A DNA stretch of 64,000 nucleotides from Glaucostegus cemiculus. Lineage: Eukaryota. The first letter of the stretch is position 1; the number at the start of each line of letters is the position of its first letter. The position numbers and the translations under genes were made by a program. Positions 1 to 12,367 of the stretch are shown piece after piece. The notes below the pieces were generated by a model, which ran no database searches, was not told the origin of the DNA, and saw only the letters and a list, made by a program, of their open reading frames with translations. Where the stretch lies: NCBI GenBank assembly GCA_976551045.1, contig CDPCPM010000033.1:25668001-25732000 (forward strand), in the 5' to 3' direction.

Positions 1-510
1 TTTGAAATTAGTCCATCTGTTACCTTAGGGATATCTACTGGGTCCATGGTGAAGATTGATGTAAAAAAAAATAATTTAACATATCTGCCATTTCATTGTT
101 TCCTGTTATTTATTCACCAGTCTTGTCCCACATATCTGTAGCCACCTCCTTTCTAAATGTATAAGTGTAGAAACTCTTACTGTCTGTTTTGATATTATAC
201 ACAAGTTTTCTTTCAAAATCAATTTTCTCACTTCTTATGAGCTTTTTAGTCTTTTGCTGCTGGATTCTAAAACATCCCATTCCCCTGACTGACCACTAGC
301 CCTTGTCACGTTGTATGCTCTACTTTTCAATTTAACATTATCCATGACCTCCTTTTGTTAACTGCAAATTGTGCCTCTTTCTCATGGAATCCTCCTTTCT
401 AATTGGGTTAAATTCCTGCTGAGTTTTGTGGACCAGCTGTTTGAAAATCTGCCACTGCTCATCTACTGACCTGTCTTTTAGCTTATTTTCCTAGTCCACC
501 TTAGGCAACT
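1..510 (-). mobile_element. Degraded CR1 LINE ORF2 fragment (endonuclease-RT linker), cut by the window edge
   Basis: The minus strand translates to FERKLVYNIKTDSKSFYTY...GNNEMADMLNYFF/SIFT, matching the CR1 ORF2 linker motifs (K.SKSFY.Y, EMA..LN.FF.SVFT), with stops and frameshifts. Confidence 0.7.
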
Positions 511-3500
511 CGTACTGCTGCTTCTACTAGTGGTGCCTCCTCTTTCCCCCTTCCAAATCTGCATAATTCTACAAGTAGGCTGACCTGGCAATCTGAATGC
601 TATTACCATATGATCGGTCTGAGGAGATTTGCAACAGTTGTTAATCATTTACTACAGGCTTGGGCCTGAGCAGAAAAACTGTCTCTTGTGTACATGAAAC
701 AGATCTTTAAAAATGTGACCTGTACCCAAGGAGAAGCCATGATAAATTTGAATAATTTACTCACACGGGTTATCTCCAAGGACTCTCAATCATGTACTGC
801 TGTGAGGGAGGCAGCTTCTTGATGTTTTGCTCCTTTTGCATTCACTATAATTGCCCCAAGCAGCATTTCTCAGTGTTGTGGTTACTAAACATAGATTTTT
901 CCACACAAAAGCAAATGGAAATCTGGAACCCTCTCCCTGCACCAATGAATTTCAAAGCTCAATTTTTGTTCACGGGTATTATGGTTACAAGACCACATTG
1001 GCTTAATGATGTGGGCGGTCCACAATCTAATATGCGAAGAGTTAAGGCTTCATTCTATTCCCAAATTCCTTTTTTCCCCAGATAAAACACTGTCACATTT
1101 TGTTTCAGAGAAAAAGAATTCAAAATTTGAAAATGAACAGAAGACTAACAATATTTTGTCAAGTCCTTACCTGGGCTTGTGCAATTTTCATGGGAAAACT
1201 AACACCCCACCCCCCCAACCGTGCCCCTAATCCCACCACCTCTGGCCAGGCTGCTTTGGTCTTGAAGATTATCAGCATCTTCTGATTGCGACCCCGGTGG
1301 GCTCCTTTTGCAGGCAATGGGGAGGGTGGGGGCGGAAAGAAAATAAGGTGCAGCTGTAGGCATAGCTGCCGACCTTGGGGCCTAATCACTTTGGAGAACA
1401 GCATTACAAGGCCCCAAGACGTGATGAATCTGTGCTCCTTCGAGAAGAATAAGTAAAACAAATCTTTGGGTCTTCTCCTCCTCCATGCCTGATGTTCTCT
1501 GTCTGTCTGATCTGAGGGGATCTCAGTCCCAGACCTGTTCTCCTGGGGCTTCATAGTTACAGCCTCAAACCTCTTTCATCTTGCTTGTGTGAGCTTGATT
1601 CCAAACGTAGTCACTTTGTAACTAGACAAAGCCAAGAGGATCATCAAGAAAATTAATGTTCTTCAGATGCTAAAGAAAGAAATATTGAGCCACTGTTTCT
1701 ATGTGTCAAAATTGTTGCTGGACCCTTTAAGGTACTCTAATAATGTAATTCATGGCTTTCGGGAGTTTTGACATTTCTTATTTGCTTCTCTTTTATCTAA
1801 CAAGCTGGTTGAATCTTGCAGCACAACCTATGTCACAAATTTTAAATTGCTTTGTCTTCTTTTTAATCAAAGAAGTGGATGCTGCCGTTGATCCTAGATG
1901 GTTCACTGATTTAACTGAATTCTTATATTAATGTGAGTCGCACAAGTTTCCTTTCATGTTATGTTACAGTTTATGTTATGGAAATCCATAAATCAATATA
2001 CTGATGTCAAAAGTGATATGGCAGAATGAAAACTGATGAAATTTGCTTTAGTAATTCAACATTGTTTTGTCCTTTGGAGTTCTATTTAATTTTCAGTATG
2101 TATATTAGATGTTAGGTGGTTAAAATCCATTGATCTGAAGTCAGTGCAGATAACATTACATAAGACTGTTTAATCACTTAAGTAAAATATTGAAAGCAGA
2201 GTACTGTCACCTAAATCTACAATGGCAGTTAACTGGAAAGATGTCTCAAAATTTTACATTTTTTTAAAAAAGTGTAAAATCCAAAATTTTAATGAGCGTT
2301 GGGTGGAGCTAATAGCCATGAAGGAGGTCTGTGAAATGAAATATATCCTTAAGATACTGTAGTGTAACAGTTTGTACAGAAGAAAAAATGAATTTGCAAA
2401 GCTTAAATAGAGATTTTCTGTGTTATGTAAGAACACAGCCTTAGTGGCCTAGAGCACAGACTTCGAGGAGGCAGTAAGGCAGATACACCATTTGGAAATA
2501 AAAGTATATGGTCTGGAAAATCAGCAGGGGGAAAATTAAATAGAGTGTGCATAAAATTAATCTTTGAAAGGAAATGTCCTTGAAGCTTCATGTTGAGTAT
2601 AAAGTATTGACATTAAGTGATAATAATGTAGGTAGCCAACAAAAAGGCCAACTGCTTTGTAAGAAGCTCTGCTGTCTATCAATTTCTTGTTACTGGGTTG
2701 TGTTGATTTCATGTGGTTATAAATTGATTGTGAGAGAACGGTTTTTAGTATTATCTTCTGCAATATAGTGGGATCATTGAAATAAAGTCCAAGGGATTAA
2801 GAGCTCATGTTCCCCTCCCTTGATATGAATAAGTAAATTGCTTTCCTTTGCCATAAACATCTCCCAACTTATTGCTTCCATCTGAACCGAGAAAAGGTCC
2901 ATCATTTAGGATTTGTTGGGACAAGCAAATTGTTAACATTCGCATCCTGTCAAAAACTGGCAACTTCACAGCCTTGGGGACTTCTAATATAAAACTGAAG
3001 TACTTAGGCAACAACTGTGTTACATACAGCAAGAATAGAAATTATTGGATTTATAATGGGATTTACAGTGCCAAATCTTTTACCATAATAATGCATTGTT
3101 CAACGGCTTTAAAGGGGAGCCTACTGATTATTTGAAATAGGATAACCGTTACATACGTTTTGAAGGCAATAAGAAAGAGAGTACAGGTGCCAAGGGTTTG
3201 TGTCTGGAAGTGTGACTGGATACCCTCTGCTGGATTCCAAGGAGCAAAGTGGTTCTGTGAGGAATATGGCTAGAGTTATTGGTCATCTTCAGGAAATATT
3301 ATTAAGAAAGTTGTCCTGCTCTACAGCATGCACCCTTTTATTTAAAATATAAATGTTTTGGGGCCCAGATATTGAAGGGGTCCAATTAGTTCATCAATTA
3401 GAGTCTTGTGCTAGAAGATAGGATTGGCCAGCATGGGTATGATGGGCCTAATGACTTCCTTTTGTTCTTAAATTTTCTACAAATTTATGATCCATGGTAT

Positions 3501-3634
3501 GGTCCCAGTGGGAGAAGTTCCACACCCTAGAATGTCTTCTGTAATTCTGAAAATTAAACCAGAGAACAATTTAATTTTCATCACTGACATATAAAATCAT
3601 CTTGTAAAACATGATGAATTCTTATTGTGGTGAT

Positions 3635-3871
3635 CAAAGTCAAAGCCGAGTTTATTGTCGTATGGACAAGTGTACATGTCTGCACAGGTGCAATGAAAAA
3701 TTTACTTGCAGCAGCATCACAGGCACATAGCAGCGTGTAAGCAACGTTCACAACGTTTACAAGAAAGAACACAATTTGTAAAAAAAAACCCTCCATTTTA
3801 GTTAAAAGAGGTGAAATTGGTCCTGGTGTTGCTGAACTGTAATGATTAGGGTTTGCCGGTTGGTTCAAGAA
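3635..3871 (-). mobile_element. 3' end of a Rex1/Babar-type LINE
   Basis: Starts with a (CAAAGT)-type tail and 'gagtttattgtc...caggtgcaatgaaaaa', the reverse complement of a Rex1/Babar-type 3' terminus; related to the tails at 19613 and 57061. Family assigned from recalled consensus. Confidence 0.6.
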
Positions 3872-4764
3872 TGATGACTTAATTTTGGTTAAAAAAGCCA
3901 ACTGGCCATAAGTCCTTAAGTCCCAAATTACACTGTTCCATGCCTACACCACTTCTAAAGCTCAGAAGGAATGGTGCTTGGGAAGGGTTAAAATGTAAAC
4001 ACTCTCTCTTGTGCTGCTGATGACTTCCTGATTGTTTAAACTTTTCTTATCCTAAATCGAACTATTGAATTGACTGGGGAAGCCCTAACTTTCCAAAGTC
4101 ACAGCTTTGTGCCATCTTCACTGCTGTGACTTAAGCTCACACTCAGTGAGAGGGAAGACTGTATGAACACGCCACAGGCACAAAGCACTGACCACTTTTC
4201 TGAGATTTTTCAGATCTTTGTGACTCTACCTCCTACTCCCAGCTCTGTTGGTGACCCAAATCTTTTAGCTGCCTCCTCTTCCCAATCACAGCTATGAAGC
4301 CTTGTTCCCCTGATTGCCAAGGATTGACCCAAGGCATCACTTCCTTTTGCAGGTTCCACCCTCAACAGCCAACATGCTGGCTGGCTATAAAACAGCAGCT
4401 TGTCCAAAATCATTCACAAACCCTGCATAAAGCAACAGGGCCTCCTTGTTAATCTCTTCAGCCACAACTAGGCTGTTCCACACCCTCCCCACCTCCTTAT
4501 TAACAGCCTGTTCATGAAACTAGTTCACACCATGTGTTGAAACCTAATGCATTTTAAGGTGCAATAGCAGGTCACACAGTTATACAAAAAAAATCATTAA
4601 CTTAGGAGTGGGATCCACCACCACCACCACCTTTTGAAGGTCAGTTAATGCAATTCTGTCAATCTCACCCATATTACAAATGTAAAAGAAAAACTGTAAG
4701 GGTATTCACTAAATGTACCAAGGGGTTCTTTGGTGGTCTTATACAATGAGCAATAGGAAATGAA

Positions 4765-4893
4765 CAGCTTAGTTTACACCCCACCCTATTTTCCTTTGAG
4801 TTGCGCTTGGAATGAAAATTGGGCAGTTTGTAAAATGGGCTGACTATTTACCATCACTTATTTTGTGTTGCTGTCAAAGCTAATTTCATCCCC
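4765..4893. mobile_element. Possible end of an old non-autonomous DNA transposon (MITE-like)
   Basis: Internal imperfect palindrome (ccctattttc...gaaaattggg) and an 'aatttcatcccc' end resembling chondrichthyan MITE termini. No partner TIR found. Confidence 0.3.
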
Positions 4894-7734
4894 TAGTGTT
4901 GAAATAATAATGGCAAGTATACAAGGGAGATATCTTGGTGCTACATCATTCTTTCAACCTGAGAGATAACTCTGAGAGATTTTTCCAGTAGTTCTTGGCC
5001 TGTTCAGGAAACATGTCTTGCAGTATCCAAACTATATTTATTGCAGTACAGTGGAAGACAGCATTTCATCTTTTTACAATGTAGGTTTAAAAATCCTTAC
5101 TAGAAGTATTACTATTTTTACACTTGTTTAACTTGGATTTCATGAAAATGGAGGCATATAAGTTGTTCTCCTTAATATATGAATGAAATTTGTCTTTATA
5201 TCATTTCTGCTTAATTGCCTATCAGTGAAGAGGTATACAATGCATTAGCCCACTAGGATCTCAGAATGGAGAAAGTAGCATAAGTTTGCACATTCATGTT
5301 GCTTTGATGTAGATTTTGCAGATGTATGATTCTGGAAGTAATTTGCTGGTTGGGAATCAACAAACAATAGCAATCTTGACATTTCCATCAATAGTGAAAA
5401 TGATATTTAATAAAGAAAAACCTTTGAGGAAGAGTTGTATTTTGTTCAAAATACAAGTCAGGAATACTTTAATCACCTGTACTTTTAGTTTATTGTTTAA
5501 TTGACCACTAATCATTTGTGAAACAAATGACAAAATTAAAGATACGATTGCCCTGACATAATTGTAACCTCACAACACATAATATAAAACACTGATATTC
5601 ATATAGTAGATCGCATCTGTTCCACATGAACTGTTTTGACTTTCCAAATCAGACTGATTTATTAGGACTTTGTTACACAGTAAAATGGTTGATGGCTGTA
5701 ATAGTGAATTTGTCTTCACTGCCCTTTATAGGTACTGAATAATATTTGAAGATATTTGTTAAGATATTCCAAAACTGTATTGAAATAATGAGCTTACCAT
5801 ATTTTCTGCATGGCACGAAATAAGTGAAAGAAATGATGGAGTGTGAGTACTCTGACTGTTGACATGAGGACATGCAGGGGGTCAGGATGATATTTATTGA
5901 TGAAACTCTCAGCTTCCAATCTGCCGCACTGAGTGCACATCATGCAGCTGTCATGACAGACATTGTTGAAAAAATGATGTTTTGGGACAATTTTCAGCTC
6001 TCATTTACAAAGAGTACTGAAGCAGCAAAAATTAGTAACAGATCTCACAATGTATCTTATTTTGACATGATGCTTTAGACCTTTGATCTGGAAAAGAACA
6101 ACATATGTATCATCTATGAGTTGCTGCAATCCTACGCCACCTCTCCAGTAAGACTGCTTTAAACACTGTTCATAGCTAATCTCACTACTGAAGCTTTGTA
6201 TGTTCTGCAATCAATTGCAGTGGATGAAAGGCCATTTTATTGGCAAAATAATTGATTTGTTGTAATTCTGTTTTTATAATTTTTGATTTTGTAGGCATAC
6301 ACCATTCCTCTACTTTGTTTCAAAGCTTCTCACAGTTATAAATACTCATTCAGCTGGAAAAACTGACTGAAGGTTGGGGGAGGGAGGTGGAGAGTGGCGC
6401 TGGGGAACAGGTCAGAATCTCTGCATTACATCAGTTTCAAAGTGTAACAGAATACAAATTTTGGGACACCTCTTTGAGAAACCAAGTATGAGAACAAATA
6501 TTCATGATTGTTTACATTGTTATTTATAATTTTCCTGTTGAATTTGATGCATATTTATAATTTACTAGAGTATTTGACAATCCCAGCTCAGGAAAGGGAT
6601 AATACATATAAGGAATTTTATGGGTATCTGACTGATTCCAATTGAAATTTTGCATTGGAGATATATTGCAGTACTATTAGAACAGACTGTACAATACAAA
6701 CTGTAGCTTACTGAGATGTAGTTTGCAAAGCGTATTTTAGTTGACTGGAAGGAATGCTGTCCACTTTTGTCCATGCATAGAGCTGCATTTTTTTAGTGCC
6801 ACTGGAGCAAGGGTGGTATTGTTCTCATATCAATTAGAAAGACTTTATATTTATGGAGTTTGCAGTAGGTGCAGCAGACTGCTAAAAAAAGATTTTATTG
6901 ACTGAAGAATAATATTTCTCTTGGAATGCTTTTGAACACCTATAAATTTGTTTCATCCTCTCCCGCTTTAAGCTTGTCTCTGCATTACATTGAACAGATA
7001 TAATTAATTGTAAAGCAGAATTCAATTTCTGGAACTGAAATGGAATAATTAGTGATTAGGAATGACTATAGCATAACAAGAAACAGTGCCTAGAGAAACA
7101 GCAGGATGGGATACATTAAAAAAAATCTATTTCTATAGTACCTTTTCTGTCTCTCAGATTATCTAAAATGCATCCTGTATAATGATGCACTTTGAGTTGT
7201 ATTCATTGTTGCTCAGGCGGCAGGGAACTTCCTAAGGGAAACCACAAAAATGACCAGAAAATCTATTTCAGTTGCAGGAGGGATCTAAGTGGGATTTTGG
7301 AAAATCTTTGGACTCTTCAGAATGGTTTTTGGAACTTTAATGTCCATCTAGCAGGCAGACAGGTCTATAGTTAACCATAGGTTGCCACCTGAAGGCTGAT
7401 TTGAATAAAAAGGATGCTAGTTTGTAGGTATTTTAGTGTGAATAACTGTTTTTTGTAAGAAGTGGAAGATTGAGTGAGTACTAGTGATTCAAAATGTTTG
7501 TTGGAGATTAGGGGATGGTTTGTAACTTGATATTCACATTTCCTTTCTGTGATAATACCACACATGGAAGTTTTGGATCTCTCTTCTTATGTTATGGCGG
7601 TAACTTACTACTGGGCTTTACTCATTCCTGCTTCTGTCTGATAGTGAATTTACCACTGCTGGTCTTGCCGATAAAATCCACGACTATCTAGAAACTCATT
7701 TTTAGTTAAGGAAAAATATTTTTTTTTCCCTCAG

Positions 7735-7791
7735 GATTGGCCAACTTAGAGTGGAGAACCTGAACAATCACTGTTTCATTCCCCCTGTGAG
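7735..7791 (+). other. Candidate 57-nt cassette exon of an unidentified transcript
   Basis: Acceptor ttttttttccctcAG before 7735 and donor GAG|GTAATG at 7792. Length is divisible by 3, with one open frame (phase 2/2: IGQLRVENLNNHCFIPPV). Peptide not recognised. Confidence 0.3.
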
Positions 7792-9206
7792 GTAATGCAA
7801 TAAGTAACTGAAACAATGGATCGGCTTTTGGTGTGTTTTGCCAGCAGTTCCATACAGAACTGTCAATATTCATCCATGTAAGCCGCTGCAAATTTTGGGA
7901 ACCCTGTGCAAATGAGGATGTCCTGATCTTGCCATTGGTGATTTCTCAGCTGGATTCTGCATGGACTTGCGAGACTGTTTAATTCCATGGGGATTAGAGC
8001 ACTATAAGAAGAAAGGAAACAATAAGGCAAGTTACACATTTTTAAGAAAATTGTGTTTGCTTTAATGTATTTAGTATTCTATGTGTCTTTATACGTTTAA
8101 CATGTTTTAGTAGTTATTCATATGAATTTTAACAGCTTTTAAATGTGTCAGGACATTTAGAAGCACAGAAGAAAACCCAACAACTTTGACAGATAGCATT
8201 AGAAGTTGCCAGAGGAATTGTATGTGGCGCTTTTCTGGCCCACCCATTTGACCCAATTGCACTTGGTCCTTGTAACCTACAAGGGACAAGGGCACAGATA
8301 TCCCATGGGTAATAAAAAACAGGTACTATTAAGGCCCTCTCTTTTGTACCTAATACATCCCCCAAGTAAACATAAATATGCCCTACAATGTTCTTAAAGC
8401 ATGAACATTAAAGTTTAAAAAAAACAAGGAAATTATCAACTAACAAACTACTTCCACCAAATATGTTTGAATTTACGAACAGTGATCAGTTTTGAAATCA
8501 CAAGGTGCTGTGTAACAAAAGCTGCTCTCCATTAGAAAAGCACACAGCAGGGAGCTACTTGACATGAGTGGTCTGGAAACTGATCATTGTATTTATACTG
8601 ACGTGGATATAGATATACTTGTTGAAAATAATCTGAACTGGGGCCCGGGCCAACCACACAAGTGCACGGATCTGCAGATAGCAAATTAGAGACTAACGGG
8701 GACTGACCGATGTCAGTCGAGGCTCATGCGTCACACGGAGCTGCATGGCTCTGCTCCAGGACAACAAAGTCAGCCATATAGATTCAGTCCAGGTAAGCTT
8801 TGGACAAAGGAAGCTAAGAATGGTGAGTGAGGGCCCATTCAACAAAATCTGAGTTCAAATCTATTACACCAAAAACTTTCAGTGCCTTGTATGGCTCGAT
8901 TCATGTTGTAAGTACATCAGGTTGTCACTGTCACTTCAAAGGCTTGCAGGTCAAAAGATACTGAAGATTAAACTCTTTTGTTTCCTGAATCTTGTGTGAA
9001 TGAAAAGATTTTGGCAGCTGCCATAGGAAATACTGCATTACAACCAATTCTCTCCTGATGCTGAACAGAAAATATCATCCTGTGCTTTAGTTAAAAGGAT
9101 ACAATAATTTAAGAAACTTGTGTGCTAATGGAAATTCGTAACATGGCTTAATATACCCGGTGAAAAGACGTGAAGAGATAATATCTTCTTTACCAATCAT
9201 GTATTG

Positions 9207-9490
9207 TGGATGTGCCAAGACTAGCATTTATTGCCTATCCCTAACTGCCTTTGAAAGGGAATTGGTGAATTGGCTTCCATTCTCAGTGTGGTGAAGGCAC
9301 TTCTACACTACCATTTGGGAGATTTCCAGAATTTTTGGTGTATTTCCAAGTCAGGATTATGTGTGATCTGGAAGGGAACTTGGCATGTTGCAGCCTTGGC
9401 CATCTGTCCCTGTCCTTCGAGGTTGTGCTCTCCGGTTTGGAAGGTGCTGCTCAAGAAGCTTTAGTGAGCTGCAGTAGTGCATCTTGTAAA
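9207..9490 (-). mobile_element. 'Family B' CR1/L2-group LINE, 3' terminal piece (continues at 10408-10720)
   Basis: 'agcatttattgcctatccctaactgcctttg...tatttccaagtcagg...gtgcatcttgta' is colinear with the copies at 12368 and 40525. Confidence 0.75.
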
Positions 9491-9491
9491 T

Positions 9492-10405
9492 CACAGGAGC
9501 AGTAATCAGCCATTTGTCCCCTTGTTCCTGCTCTACCAGCCAATAAGATCATGGCTGATCGGTACCATTTTCCTATTCTAAACTATGCCCTTCAGTTCTG
9601 TTTAATACTTAAATGTTTATTGATATCTCCCTTTAATATACTCAGTGACTGACCTACCACAGTGCATCTGGGTAAAGAATGCCAACCATTCACTATCCTC
9701 TAGCTGAAGAAATCTCTTCTCAGTCCCGAATGGCCGATCCCTTAGTTTGAGACTATAATTCCTGGTTCTAGTCACCCCAACCAGAGGAAACGTCAGCTCT
9801 GGATGCATCCTGTCAAGCCTATAAGATTTTTGCATGTTTCAATGAGATTGCCTCTCATTCTTCTAAACTCTGGAGAGTCACTTAATCTCTCCTCAAGGGC
9901 AATCCCTCATCCCAGGAATCACTCTGGTGAACCTTTGCTGCACTCCTTTTACAAGTAAGTCCTTTCTTTGTTAGGAGGACCAGACCTGTATATAATGTAA
10001 CAGGAATAGTCTCACCAGGGCCTTGTATAATTACAATAAGACATCTTTACCCCTGCTCCAGTATTCTTGCAATAAAGACTAATATAGCTTGCCTTTCTAA
10101 TTGTTCATTTCACCTTCACATTAACTTTCAGTGATTGTATACAAGGACATTAAATTTCCTTGAACACCAACATCTTTCAATCTCTCACCACCCAGACAAT
10201 AATCTGTTCTTCTGTTTTTACTACCAATGTTGATTGCCTTCATATTTTTTTGCATTTTATTCCATGTGCCGTGTCCTCACCTAGTCACTTAATCTGTCTA
10301 TATTTCCCTGAATCCTCTATACATCCTCCTCACAATTCACATTGTGACCCAACTTTATATCATCAGCAAGTTTAGATGCATTACACTTGGTTTCCTTATC
10401 CACCC
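9492..10405 (-). mobile_element. 5'-truncated CR1 LINE inserted into the family B LINE
   Basis: Minus strand encodes SKLADDIKLG...RIQGNIDRLSD (RT FADD region) and the C-terminal YSLKLRDRPFGTEKR. CR1 3' UTR 'gatcagccatgatc' lies at the left end. Confidence 0.85.
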
Positions 10406-10407
10406 CA

Positions 10408-10720
10408 GATACACAGTACAGCCACTTAAACAACTGTGTGCCAATCTTGGGTTGGTTTGTTTTGAAAGGCACTGAACTTCTTGAACTTTATTGGAGCAAC
10501 ATGCTTCTAGGCAAGTAGAGAATATTCCATCACACATCTGACTTTCACCTTTAGATGGTACGTGAATTTTTGTGGAGAAGGGTTGGTTCACTTGGTTGCA
10601 ATACATCGGCCTCTGATCTGCTCTTGTGGCTGCAGTATTTACAAGAATGGTGCAGTTAAGTTTCTGGTCACTGGTGATCACCAGGGTGTTGATGGTTGTG
10701 ATGGAGGTGGGTGACTTCAA
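10408..10720 (-). mobile_element. 'Family B' LINE, continuation of 9207-9490
   Basis: ORF 10355..10720(-) reads SPT.INTLVITSDQKLNCT..NTAATRADQR, the post-RT motif (ILGVTIDQKLNWT.HIN.VATRAGQRL). It resumes where 9490 stops. Confidence 0.75.
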
Positions 10721-10879
10721 CAGTAGCAGTTTTCTAGCCCATAAAAACTAGAACAAATTCTCCACCTTTTTGGATTTATGCCAGTATTGTATCTGCACTG
10801 GAATATCTCAAGGGTAGCAGCTAATTTTAGTTCAGACTTCCATGCAATAGTCAGCAGAGTGCAGGAATAATTGGGTCTT

Positions 10880-11752
10880 TTTCCAGGTGGCAGACAGTGA
10901 CAAGTGGGGTGCTGTAGGGAATAGTGCACATGCCCAGCTATTCACAATATATCCCTGTAATTTGGATGAGGAAACTAAATGGAACATTTCTAAGTTTGCA
11001 GACAACACAAAGCTGTGGGGGAATGTGTGCTGTGAGGAGGATGCAAAGAGGTTCCAGTGTGATTTAAATAAGTTGGGTTTGTATGACAATGCATGGCAAG
11101 TGCTATATAACATGGATAAATGGGAGGTTTTCTGTTATGGTTCTAAAACTGGAAGGACAAATGTCTTAATGGCGTTAGATTGAGAACAGAGGAGGTGCAA
11201 TGAGACATAGGTGTCCTTCTACACCATTTGGTGAAAGCAACCATCCAGGGGCAGGAAACAGATAAAAAAGGCAAATGATGTGCTAGCCTTCATTAGTTAA
11301 GGTTTTGAGTACAGAGGTATGGCTGTCTTGCTGCATCTGTATAGGGCCTTGGTGAGATCCCATCTGGAGTTTAGAGTGCAGTTTTGGTCTCCTTGTCTGA
11401 GGATGTCCTTGTGATGGAAGGAATGCACTATGGTTTTACTAGATGGACTCCTGAGATGGCAGGATTGACAAATGAGGAGGGATTGGGTTGATTAGGCCTA
11501 ACTTCACTGGAGTTTCCAAGAATGAGAGGATCTCATAGAAACCTATAGCATTCTAATAGGTCTGGACAAACTAGAGGCAGGGAGCATGTTCCTGGTGGCT
11601 GGGGTGTCCAGAACCAGGCATCTCAACCTCAGGTTATGAGGTTTGCCAGAAGCAAGATCAGGAGAAATTACTTCACCCAGATGATGGTGAATCTGTGGAA
11701 TTCTTACCACAGAAGGCAGTGGTGGCCAGGTCCTTTAATAAATTTAAACAGG
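10880..11752 (+). mobile_element. Degraded CR1 LINE, RT and C-terminus (short tail resumes at 12090-12145)
   Basis: ORF 10887..11183 QLFTIY..NLDEETKWNISKFADNTKLWG; downstream LYRALVRSHLE..VQFWSP and RRNYFTQMMVNLWNS. Confidence 0.9.
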
Positions 11753-11754
11753 AG

Positions 11755-12088
11755 TGGTGCTTCAGGTAGTGCAGTTGTGTCACAACTCCTCCATACTGGG
11801 TTCGATTCTGATTTCTGGCGCTGTCTGTGTGGAGTTTGCATGTTCTGCTATGATCATGTGGGCTTCCCCCGGGTGCACCTGTTTCCTTCCACATCTCGAA
11901 GACTTTCTGGTTGGTATGTCTATTGGCCATTATAAAGTACCCCTAGTGTAGGTGGCTGGTGGGAAGTTCAGTAGCACATTTAGTATAGGTTACAGAAAAA
12001 TAAGTGAGGGAATGCAACTACTCAGAGAGCCAATGTAGATTTGATGGGTTAAATGGTGTTCTCCCATGTTGTAAGGAAATATGAAATA
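11755..12088 (+). mobile_element. tRNA-derived V-SINE (HE1-like) inserted into the CR1 3' end
   Basis: B-box-like GGTTCGATTC, V-domain 'gctgtctgtgtggagtttgcatgttct...gtgggcttcccccgggtgc...tttccttccaca', and a CR1-like tail. Confidence 0.8.
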
Positions 12089-12367
12089 CACTTAATACTA
12101 ATGGGATCAAGAAATATAGGGAGAAGGCAAGAAAGAGATACTGAAGTGGTGGCTGAAAGTCCCACTTCCGCAGTGTTTTCTTTGATTCTATGTTTCAACA
12201 TTCCAGCAAGGCTGAAAATCTTTGTTGTATCCCAAGTACAGAGCTGTTTCTCGATATTATATGGAACAAGTGAATTGACAGAAAAACAACTTCTGTGATA
12301 ATGGAAACCTAGCTTGGAGGCTGAGAGGCAGCTTCTGGCTGAAGATAAATTGTTTTATTCACTTTTG

